Position numbers and translations under genes: made by a program
The notes under the pieces: model-generated
What the model was told of the DNA's origin: nothing
What the model saw: the letters and a program-made list of their open reading frames with translations, nothing else
Database searches by the model: none
In this document: in pieces, positions 1 to 10,700 of the stretch
Position numbering within the stretch: position 1 is the first letter of the stretch
Layout of the letters: every line of letters begins with the position of its first letter
DNA from: Auanema rhodensis
Taxonomy: Eukaryota > Animalia > Nematoda
Length of the DNA stretch: 64,000 nt
Assembly: GCA_964057225.1 (NCBI GenBank)
Contig: OZ059897.1
Span: 10,974,001-11,038,000, forward strand
Reading direction: 5' to 3'

Positions 1-61
1 ATAGTGGTTAGTACTCCACGTTGTGGCCGTGGCGACACAGATTCGATTCCTGTCTTGGGCA
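1..61 (+). tRNA. trnH-GTG: tRNA-His(GTG), 5' end cut by the window edge, G53A variant
   Basis: Starts at tRNA position 12 (ATAGTGGTTAG) and ends CTTGGGCA before T6. Confidence 0.9.
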
Positions 62-207
62 TTTTTTGTTTTGAAATTAAAATGCTATAAACATATTGCT
101 TGCTTGTCATGTTAGATTTGTTTAATTCAAATACTTATTTAAGTTCTAACAATTTTCGATTTAATCACGTTCAATCAACTGTATTGTTTTCAAAAATAAA
201 GACATCT

Positions 208-260
208 TTCAATTTCTGGTCATTGAATTAGAATTTTCATGTTGTCACACAGAAATTGAA
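208..260. repeat. 11-bp perfect inverted repeat in the spacer (representative; present in most units)
   Basis: TTCAATTTCTG (208-218) and CAGAAATTGAA (250-260) are exact reverse complements. Confidence 0.85.
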
Positions 261-321
261 GAATCTTAGTTCATTTCAGTAACAATGAACACACTAACTT
301 TGTTAAGTTGTTGTAATATCG

Positions 322-393
322 GCCCAAGTAGTATAGTGGTCAGTACTCCACGTTGTGGCCGTGGCGACACAGATTCGATTCCTGTCTTGGGCA
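322..393 (+). tRNA. trnH-GTG: tRNA-His(GTG), G53A variant with C20a; possibly non-functional
   Basis: Anticodon GTG at 355-357. AGATTCGATTCC replaces AGGTTCGATTCC, giving an A53:C61 mismatch. Confidence 0.9.
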
Positions 394-399
394 TTTTTT
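394..399 (+). terminator. RNA polymerase III oligo-T terminator (representative; follows each copy)
   Basis: TTTTTT directly after A73, followed by GTTT(T/C). Confidence 0.9.
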
Positions 400-653
400 G
401 TTTCGAAATTAAAATGCTATAAACATATTGCTTGCTTGTCATGTTAGATTTCTTTAATTCAAATACATATTTAAGTTCTAACAATTTTTGATTTAATCAC
501 GTTCAATTAACTGTATTGTTTTCAAAAATAAAGACAAAATTCAATTTCTGGTCATTGAATTTGAATTTTCATGTTGTCACACAGAAATTGAAGAATCTTA
601 GTTCATTTCAGTAACAATGAACACACTAACTTTGTTAAGTTGTTGTAATATCG

Positions 654-725
654 GCCCAAGTAGTATAGTGGTTAGTACTCCACGTTGTGGCCGTGGCGAC
701 ACAGATTCGATTCCTGTCTTGGGCA
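654..725 (+). tRNA. trnH-GTG: tRNA-His(GTG), G53A variant
   Basis: Full cloverleaf with an A53:C61 mismatch. Confidence 0.9.
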
Positions 726-985
726 TTTTTTGTTTTGAAATTAAAATGCTATAAACATATTGCTTGCTTGTCATGTTAGATTTGTTTAATTCAAATACTT
801 ATTTAAGTTCTAACAATTTTCGATTTAATCACGTTCAATCAACTGTATTGTTTTCAAAAATAAAGACATCTTTCAATTTCTGGTCATTGAATTAGAATTT
901 TCATGTTGTCACACAGAAATTGAAGAATCTTAGTTCATTTCAGTAACAATGAACACACTAACTTTGTTAAGTTGTTGTAATATCG

Positions 986-1057
986 GCCCAAGTAGTATAG
1001 TGGTCAGTACTCCACGTTGTGGCCGTGGCGACACAGATTCGATTCCTGTCTTGGGCA
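986..1057 (+). tRNA. trnH-GTG: tRNA-His(GTG), G53A variant with C20a
   Basis: Full cloverleaf with an A53:C61 mismatch. Confidence 0.9.
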
Positions 1058-1324
1058 TTTTTTGTTTCGAAATTAAAATGCTATAAACATATTGCTTGCT
1101 TGTCATGTTAGATTTCTTTAATTCAAATACATATTTAAGTTCTAACAATTTTTGATTTAATCACGTTCAATTAACTGTATTGTTTTCAAAAATAAAGACA
1201 AAATTCAATTTCTGGTCATTGAATTTGAATTTTCATGTTGTCACACAGAAATTGAAGAATCTTAGTTCATTTCAGTAACAATGAACACACTAACTTTGTT
1301 TAGTTGTTGTAATATCGGCCCAAG

Positions 1325-1335
1325 TAGTATAGTGG
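1325..1335 (+). promoter_or_regulatory. Internal Pol III type-2 promoter A box (representative)
   Basis: TAGTATAGTGG at tRNA positions 8-19 fits the consensus TRGYnnARnGG. Confidence 0.85.
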
Positions 1336-1367
1336 TTAGTACTCCACGTTGTGGCCGTGGCGACACA

Positions 1368-1378
1368 GGTTCGATTCC
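1368..1378 (+). promoter_or_regulatory. Internal Pol III promoter B box, TFIIIC site (representative intact copy)
   Basis: GGTTCGATTCC matches the consensus GGTTCGAnTCC. Confidence 0.9.
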
Positions 1379-2313
1379 TGTCTTGGGCATTTTTTGTTTT
1401 GAAATTAAAATGCTACAAAATTATTGCTTGCTTGTCATGTTAGATTTCTTTAATTCAAATACATATTTAAGTTCTAACAATTTTCGATTTAATCACGTTC
1501 AATCAACTGTATTGTTTTCAAAAATAAAGACATCTTTCAATTTCTGGTCATTGAATTAGAATTTTCATGTTGTCACACAGAAATTGAAGAATCTTAGTTC
1601 ATTTCAGTAACAATGAACACACTAACTTTGTTAAGTTGTTGTAATATCGGCCCAAGTAGTATAGTGGTCAGTACTCCACGTTGTGGCCGTGGCGACACAG
1701 ATTCGATTCCTGTCTTGGGCATTTTTTGTTTCGAAATTAAAATGCTATAAACATATTGCTTGCTTGTCATGTTAGATTTCTTTAATTCAAATACATATTT
1801 AAGTTCTAACAATTTTTGATTTAATCACGTTCAATTAACTGTATTGTTTTCAAAAATAAAGACAAAATTCAATTTCTGGTCATTGAATTTGAATTTTCAT
1901 GTTGTCACACAGAAATTGAAGAATCTTAGTTCATTTCAGTAACAATGAACACACTAACTTTGTTTAGTTGTTGTAATATCGGCCCAAGTAGTATAGTGGT
2001 TAGTACTCCACGTTGTGGCCGTGGCGACACAGATTCGATTCCTGTCTTGGGCATTTTTTGTTTTGAAATTAAAATGCTACAAAATTATTGCTTGCTTGTC
2101 ATGTTAGATTTCTTTAATTTGAATACTTATTCAAGTTATAACAATTTTTGATTTAATCACGTTCAATCAACTGTATTGTTTTCAAAAATAAAGACATCTT
2201 TCAATTTCTGGTCATTGAATTAGAATTTTCATGTTGTCACACAGAAATTGAAGAATCTTAGTTCATTTCAGTAACAATGAACACACTAACTTTGTTAAGT
2301 TGTTGTAATATCG

Positions 2314-2385
2314 GCCCAAGTAGTATAGTGGTTAGTACTCCACGTTGTGGCCGTGGCGACACAGGTTCGATTCCTGTCTTGGGCA
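2314..2385 (+). tRNA. trnH-GTG: tRNA-His(GTG), canonical copy
   Basis: G10 and G53 intact; T6 terminator. Confidence 0.96.
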
Positions 2386-2645
2386 TTTTTTGTTTTGAAA
2401 TTTAAATGCTATAAAATTATTGCTTGCTTGTCATGTTAGATTTTTTTAATTTGAATACTTATTCAAGTTTCAACAATTTTGGATTTAATCACGTTCAATC
2501 AACTGTATTGTTTTCAAAAATAAAGACATCTTTCAATTTCTGGTCATTGAATTTGAATTTTCATGTTGTCACACAGAAATTGAAGATTCTTAGTTCAATT
2601 CAGTAACAATGAACACACTAATTTTTTTAAGTTGTTGTGATATCG

Positions 2646-2717
2646 GCCCAAGTAATATAGTGGTTAGTACTCCACGTTGTGGCCGTGGCGACACAGATTC
2701 GATTCCTGTCTTGGGCA
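2646..2717 (+). pseudogene. trnH-GTG: tRNA-His(GTG) G10A+G53A double variant, probable pseudogene
   Basis: AGTAATATAG (A10:C25 mismatch, A box altered) and AGATTCG (A53:C61 mismatch, B box altered). Confidence 0.7.
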
Positions 2718-3973
2718 TTTTTTGTTTTGAAATTAAAATGCTACAAAATTATTGCTTGCTTGTCATGTTAGATTTCTTTAATTTGAATACTTATTCCAGT
2801 TATAACAATTTTTGATTTAATCACGTTCAATCAACTGTATTGTTTTCAAAAATAAAGACATCTTTCAATTTCTGGTCATTGAATTAGAATTTTCATGTTG
2901 TCACACAGAAATTGAAGAATCTTAGTTCATTTCAGTAACAATGAACACACTAACTTTGTTAAGTTGTTGTAATATCGGCCCAAGTAGTATAGTGGTTAGT
3001 ACTCCACGTTGTGGCCGTGGCGACACAGATTCGATTCCTGTCTTGGGCATTTTTTGTTTTGAAATTAAAATGCTATAAACATATTGCTTGCTTGTCATGT
3101 TAGATTTGTTTAATTCAAATACTTATTTAAGTTCTAACAATTTTCGATTTAATCACGTTCAATCAACTGTATTGTTTTCAAAAATAAAGACATCTTTCAA
3201 TTTCTGGTCATTGAATTAGAATTTTCATGTTGTCACACAGAAATTGAAGAATCTTAGTTCATTTCAGTAACAATGAACACACTAACTTTGTTAAGTTGTT
3301 GTAATATCGGCCCAAGTAGTATAGTGGTCAGTACTCCACGTTGTGGCCGTGGCGACACAGATTCGATTCCTGTCTTGGGCATTTTTTGTTTCGAAATTAA
3401 TGTGCTACAAAATTATTGCTTGCTTGTCATGTTAGATTTGTTTAATTCAAATACTTATTTAAGTTCTAACAATTTTCGATTTAATCACGTTCAATCAACT
3501 GTATTGTTTTCAAAAATAAAGACATCTTTCAATTTCTGGTCATTGAATTAGAATTTTCATGTTGTCACACAGAAATTGAAGAATCTTAGTTCATTTCAGT
3601 AACAATGAACACACTAACTTTGTTAAATTGTTGTAATATCGGCCCAAGTAGTATAGTGGTCAGTACTCCACGTTGTGGCCGTGGCGACACAGATTCGATT
3701 CCTGTCTTGGGCATTTTTTGTTTCGAAATTAAAATGCTATAAACATATTGCTTGCTTGTCATGTTAGATTTCTTTAATTCAAATACATATTTAAGTTCTA
3801 ACAATTTTTGATTCAATCACGTTCAATTAACTGTATTGTTTTCAAAAATAAAGACAAAATTCAATTTCTGGTCATTGAATTTGAATTTTCATGTTGTCAC
3901 ACAGAAATTGAAGAATCTTAGTTCATTTCAGTAACAATGAACACACTAACTTTGTTAAGTTGTTGTAATATCG

Positions 3974-4045
3974 GCCCAAGTAGTATAGTGGTTAGTACTC
4001 CACGTTGTGGCCGTGGCGACACAGGTTCGATTCCTGTCTTGGGCA
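3974..4045 (+). tRNA. trnH-GTG: tRNA-His(GTG), canonical copy with first terminator run shortened to T4
   Basis: Intact gene followed by TTTTCTGTTTT. Confidence 0.95.
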
Positions 4046-4637
4046 TTTTCTGTTTTGAAATTTAAATGCTATAAAACTATTGCTTGCTTGTCATGTTAGA
4101 TTTTTTTAATTTGAATACTTATTCAAGTTTTAACAATTTTGGATTTAATCACGTTCAATCAACTGTATTGTTTTCAAAAATAAAGACATCTTTCAATTTC
4201 TGGTCATTGAATTTGAATTTTCATGTTGTCACACAGAAATTGAAGAATCTTAGTTCATTTCAGTAACAATGAACACACTAACTTTGTTAAGTTGTTGTAA
4301 TATCGGCCCAAGTAGTATAGTGGTTAGTACTCCACGTTGTGGCCGTGGCGACACAGATTCGATTCCTGTCTTGGGCATTTTTTGTTTCGAAATTAAAATG
4401 CTATAAACATATTGCTTGCTTGTCATGTTAGATTTCTTTAATTCAAATACATATTTAAGTTCTAACAATTTTTGATTTAATCACGTTCAATTAACTGTAT
4501 TGTTTTCAAAAATAAAGACAAAATTCAATTTCTGGTCATTGAATTTGAATTTTCATGTTGTCACACAGAAATTGAAGAATCTTAGTTCATTTCAGTAACA
4601 ATGAACACACTAACTTTGTTTAGTTGTTGTAATATCG

Positions 4638-4709
4638 GCCCAAGTAGTATAGTGGTTAGTACTCCACGTTGTGGCCGTGGCGACACAGGTTCGATTCCTG
4701 TCTTGGGCA
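4638..4709 (+). tRNA. trnH-GTG: tRNA-His(GTG), canonical copy
   Basis: Intact cloverleaf; higher-order equivalent of the copy at 1318. Confidence 0.96.
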
Positions 4710-7700
4710 TTTTTTGTTTTGAAATTAAAATGCTACAAAATTATTGCTTGCTTGTCATGTTAGATTTCTTTAATTCAAATACATATTTAAGTTCTAACAA
4801 TTTTCGATTTAATCACGTTCAATCAACTGTATTGTTTTCAAAAATAAAGACATCTTTCAATTTCTGGTCATTGAATTAGAATTTTCATGTTGTCACACAG
4901 AAATTGAAGAATCTTAGTTCATTTCAGTAACAATGAACACACTAACTTTGTTAAGTTGTTGTAATATCGGCCCAAGTAGTATAGTGGTCAGTACTCCACG
5001 TTGTGGCCGTGGCGACACAGATTCGATTCCTGTCTTGGGCATTTTTTGTTTCGAAATTAAAATGCTATAAACATATTGCTTGCTTGTCATGTTAGATTTC
5101 TTTAATTCAAATACATATTTAAGTTCTAACAATTTTTGATTTAATCACGTTCAATTAACTGTATTGTTTTCAAAAATAAAGACAAAATTCAATTTCTGGT
5201 CATTGAATTTGAATTTTCATGTTGTCACACAGAAATTGAAGAATCTTAGTTCATTTCAGTAACAATGAACACACTAACTTTGTTTAGTTGTTGTAATATC
5301 GGCCCAAGTAGTATAGTGGTTAGTACTCCACGTTGTGGCCGTGGCGACACAGATTCGATTCCTGTCTTGGGCATTTTTTGTTTTGAAATTAAAATGCTAC
5401 AAAATTATTGCTTGCTTGTCATGTTAGATTTCTTTAATTTGAATACTTATTCAAGTTATAACAATTTTTGATTTAATCACGTTCAATCAACTGTATTGTT
5501 TTCAAAAATAAAGACATCTTTCAATTTCTGGTCATTGAATTAGAATTTTCATGTTGTCACACAGAAATTGAAGAATCTTAGTTCATTTCAGTAACAATGA
5601 ACACACTAACTTTGTTAAGTTGTTGTAATATCGGCCCAAGTAGTATAGTGGTTAGTACTCCACGTTGTGGCCGTGGCGACACAGGTTCGATTCCTGTCTT
5701 GGGCATTTTTTGTTTTGAAATTTAAATGCTATAAAATTATTGCTTGCTTGTCATGTTAGATTTTTTTAATTTGAATACTTATTCAAGTTTCAACAATTTT
5801 GGATTTAATCACGTTCAATCAACTGTATTGTTTTCAAAAATAAAGACATCTTTCAATTTCTGGTCATTGAATTTGAATTTTCATGTTGTCACACAGAAAT
5901 TGAAGATTCTTAGTTCAATTCAGTAACAATGAACACACTAATTTTTTTAAGTTGTTGTGATATCGGCCCAAGTAATATAGTGGTTAGTACTCCACGTTGT
6001 GGCCGTGGCGACACAGATTCGATTCCTGTCTTGGGCATTTTTTGTTTTGAAATTAAAATGCTACAAAATTATTGCTTGCTTGTCATGTTAGATTTCTTTA
6101 ATTTGAATACTTATTCCAGTTATAACAATTTTTGATTTAATCACGTTCAATCAACTGTATTGTTTTCAAAAATAAAGACATCTTTCAATTTCTGGTCATT
6201 GAATTAGAATTTTCATGTTGTCACACAGAAATTGAAGAATCTTAGTTCATTTCAGTAACAATGAACACACTAACTTTGTTAAGTTGTTGTAATATCGGCC
6301 CAAGTAGTATAGTGGTTAGTACTCCACGTTGTGGCCGTGGCGACACAGATTCGATTCCTGTCTTGGGCATTTTTTGTTTTGAAATTAAAATGCTATAAAC
6401 ATATTGCTTGCTTGTCATGTTAGATTTGTTTAATTCAAATACTTATTTAAGTTCTAACAATTTTCGATTTAATCACGTTCAATCAACTGTATTGTTTTCA
6501 AAAATAAAGACATCTTTCAATTTCTGGTCATTGAATTAGAATTTTCATGTTGTCACACAGAAATTGAAGAATCTTAGTTCATTTCAGTAACAATGAACAC
6601 ACTAACTTTGTTAAGTTGTTGTAATATCGGCCCAAGTAGTATAGTGGTCAGTACTCCACGTTGTGGCCGTGGCGACACAGATTCGATTCCTGTCTTGGGC
6701 ATTTTTTGTTTCGAAATTAATGTGCTACAAAATTATTGCTTGCTTGTCATGTTAGATTTGTTTAATTCAAATACTTATTTAAGTTCTAACAATTTTCGAT
6801 TTAATCACGTTCAATCAACTGTATTGTTTTCAAAAATAAAGACATCTTTCAATTTCTGGTCATTGAATTAGAATTTTCATGTTGTCACACAGAAATTGAA
6901 GAATCTTAGTTCATTTCAGTAACAATGAACACACTAACTTTGTTAAATTGTTGTAATATCGGCCCAAGTAGTGTAGTGGTCAGTACTCCACGTTGTGGCC
7001 GTGGCGACACAGATTCGATTCCTGTCTTGGGCATTTTTTGTTTTGAAATTAAAATGCTATAAACATATTGCTTGCTTGTCATGTTAGATTTGTTTAATTC
7101 AAATACTTATTTAAGTTCTAACAATTTTCGATTTAATCACGTTCAATCAACTGTATTGTTTTCAAAAATAAAGACATCTTTCAATTTCTGGTCATTGAAT
7201 TAGAATTTTCATGTTGTCACACAGAAATTGAAGAATCTTAGTTCATTTCAGTAACAATGAACACACTAACTTTGTTAAGTTGTTGTAATATCGGCCCAAG
7301 TAGTATAGTGGTCAGTACTCCACGTTGTGGCCGTGGCGACACAGATTCGATTCCTGTCTTGGGCATTTTTTGTTTCGAAATTAATGTGCTACAATATTAT
7401 TGCTTGCTTGTCATGTTAGATTTGTTTAATTCAAATACTTATTTAAGTTCTAACAATTTTCGATTTAATCACGTTCAATCAACTGTATTGTTTTCAAAAA
7501 TAAAGACATCTTTCAATTTCTGGTCATTGAATTAGAATTTTCATGTTGTCACACAGAAATTGAAGAATCTTAGTTCATTTCAGTAACAATGAACACACTA
7601 ACTTTGTTAAATTGTTGTAATATCGGCCCAAGTAGTATAGTGGTCAGTACTCCACGTTGTGGCCGTGGCGACACAGATTCGATTCCTGTCTTGGGCATTT

Positions 7701-10700
7701 TTTGTTTCGAAATTAAAATGCTATAAACATATTGCTTGCTTGTCATGTTAGATTTCTTTAATTCAAATACATATTTAAGTTCTAACAATTTTTGATTCAA
7801 TCACGTTCAATTAACTGTATTGTTTTCAAAAATAAAGACAAAATTCAATTTCTGGTCATTGAATTTGAATTTTCATGTTGTCACACAGAAATTGAAGAAT
7901 CTTAGTTCATTTCAGTAACAATGAACACACTAACTTTGTTAAGTTGTTGTAATATCGGCCCAAGTAGTATAGTGGTTAGTACTCCACGTTGTGGCCGTGG
8001 CGACACAGGTTCGATTCCTGTCTTGGGCATTTTCTGTTTTGAAATTTAAATGCTATAAAACTATTGCCTGCTTGTCATGTTAGATTTTTTTAATTTGAAT
8101 ACTTATTCAAGTTTTAACAATTTTGGATTTAATCACGTTCAATCAACTGTATTGTTTTCAAAAATAAAGACATCTTTCAATTTCTGGTCATTGAATTTGA
8201 ATTTTCATGTTGTCACACAGAAATTGAAGAATCTTAGTTCATTTCAGTAACAATGAACACACTAACTTTGTTAAGTTGTTGTAATATCGGCCCAAGTAGT
8301 ATAGTGGTTAGTACTCCACGTTGTGGCCGTGGCGACACAGATTCGATTCCTGTCTTGGGCATTTTTTGTTTCGAAATTAAAATGCTATAAACATATTGCT
8401 TGCTTGTCATGTTAGATTTCTTTAATTCAAATACATATTTAAGTTCTAACAATTTTTGATTTAATCACGTTCAATTAACTGTATTGTTTTCAAAAATAAA
8501 GACAAAATTCAATTTCTGGTCATTGAATTTGAATTTTCATGTTGTCACACAGAAATTGAAGAATCTTAGTTCATTTCAGTAACAATGAACACACTAACTT
8601 TGTTTAGTTGTTGTAATATCGGCCCAAGTAGTATAGTGGTTAGTACTCCACGTTGTGGCCGTGGCGACACAGGTTCGATTCCTGTCTTGGGCATTTTTTG
8701 TTTTGAAATTAAAATGCTACAAAATTATTGCTTGCTTGTCATGTTAGATTTCTTTAATTCAAATACATATTTAAGTTCTAACAATTTTCGATTTAATCAC
8801 GTTCAATCAACTGTATTGTTTTCAAAAATAAAGACATCTTTCAATTTCTGGTCATTGAATTAGAATTTTCATGTTGTCACACAGAAATTGAAGAATCTTA
8901 GTTCATTTCAGTAACAATGAACACACTAACTTTGTTAAGTTGTTGTAATATCGGCCCAAGTAGTATAGTGGTCAGTACTCCACGTTGTGGCCGTGGCGAC
9001 ACAGATTCGATTCCTGTCTTGGGCATTTTTTGTTTCGAAATTAAAATGCTATAAACATATTGCTTGCTTGTCATGTTAGATTTCTTTAATTCAAATACAT
9101 ATTTAAGTTCTAACAATTTTTGATTTAATCACGTTCAATTAACTGTATTGTTTTCAAAAATAAAGACAAAATTCAATTTCTGGTCATTGAATTTGAATTT
9201 TCATGTTGTCACACAGAAATTGAAGAATCTTAGTTCATTTCAGTAACAATGAACACACTAACTTTGTTTAGTTGTTGTAATATCGGCCCAAGTAGTATAG
9301 TGGTTAGTACTCCACGTTGTGGCCGTGGCGACACAGATTCGATTCCTGTCTTGGGCATTTTTTGTTTTGAAATTAAAATGCTACAAAATTATTGCTTGCT
9401 TGTCATGTTAGATTTCTTTAATTTGAATACTTATTCAAGTTATAACAATTTTTGATTTAATCACGTTCAATCAACTGTATTGTTTTCAAAAATAAAGACA
9501 TCTTTCAATTTCTGGTCATTGAATTAGAATTTTCATGTTGTCACACAGAAATTGAAGAATCTTAGTTCATTTCAGTAACAATGAACACACTAACTTTGTT
9601 AAGTTGTTGTAATATCGGCCCAAGTAGTATAGTGGTTAGTACTCCACGTTGTGGCCGTGGCGACACAGGTTCGATTCCTGTCTTGGGCATTTTTTGTTTT
9701 GAAATTTAAATGCTATAAAATTATTGCTTGCTTGTCATGTTAGATTTTTTTAATTTGAATACTTATTCAAGTTTCAACAATTTTGGATTTAATCACGTTC
9801 AATCAACTGTATTGTTTTCAAAAATAAAGACATCTTTCAATTTCTGGTCATTGAATTTGAATTTTCATGTTGTCACACAGAAATTGAAGATTCTTAGTTC
9901 AATTCAGTAACAATGAACACACTAATTTTTTTAAGTTGTTGTGATATCGGCCCAAGTAATATAGTGGTTAGTACTCCACGTTGTGGCCGTGGCGACACAG
10001 ATTCGATTCCTGTCTTGGGCATTTTTTGTTTTGAAATTAAAATGCTACAAAATTATTGCTTGCTTGTCATGTTAGATTTCTTTAATTTGAATACTTATTC
10101 CAGTTATAACAATTTTTGATTTAATCACGTTCAATCAACTGTATTGTTTTCAAAAATAAAGACATCTTTCAATTTCTGGTCATTGAATTAGAATTTTCAT
10201 GTTGTCACACAGAAATTGAAGAATCTTAGTTCATTTCAGTAACAATGAACACACTAACTTTGTTAAGTTGTTGTAATATCGGCCCAAGTAGTATAGTGGT
10301 TAGTACTCCACGTTGTGGCCGTGGCGACACAGATTCGATTCCTGTCTTGGGCATTTTTTGTTTTGAAATTAAAATGCTATAAACATATTGCTTGCTTGTC
10401 ATGTTAGATTTGTTTAATTCAAATACTTATTTAAGTTCTAACAATTTTCGATTTAATCACGTTCAATCAACTGTATTGTTTTCAAAAATAAAGACATCTT
10501 TCAATTTCTGGTCATTGAATTAGAATTTTCATGTTGTCACACAGAAATTGAAGAATCTTAGTTCATTTCAGTAACAATGAACACACTAACTTTGTTAAGT
10601 TGTTGTAATATCGGCCCAAGTAGTATAGTGGTCAGTACTCCACGTTGTGGCCGTGGCGACACAGATTCGATTCCTGTCTTGGGCATTTTTTGTTTCGAAA

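Larger units (their letters stand above)
1318..1389 (+). tRNA. trnH-GTG: tRNA-His(GTG), canonical copy
   Basis: GCCCAAGTAGTATAGTGGTTAGTACTCCACGTTGTGGCCGTGGCGACACAGGTTCGATTCCTGTCTTGGGCA; all stems paired and both internal boxes intact. Confidence 0.97.

Noticed and set aside
322-393. Bacterial or organellar tRNA-His
   Set aside because: It has an A73 discriminator, no encoded CCA, an oligo-T terminator and a eukaryotic cytosolic-type sequence.
322-653. tRNA-derived SINE
   Set aside because: The tRNA is complete and ends directly in a Pol III terminator. There is no body, tail or target-site duplication, and the arrangement is tandem rather than dispersed.
400-653. A second RNA gene (5S rRNA, snRNA, another tRNA) in the spacer
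   Set aside because: The spacer is very AT-rich and I see no recognisable motif or cloverleaf on either strand. An Rfam cmscan would be the decisive test.
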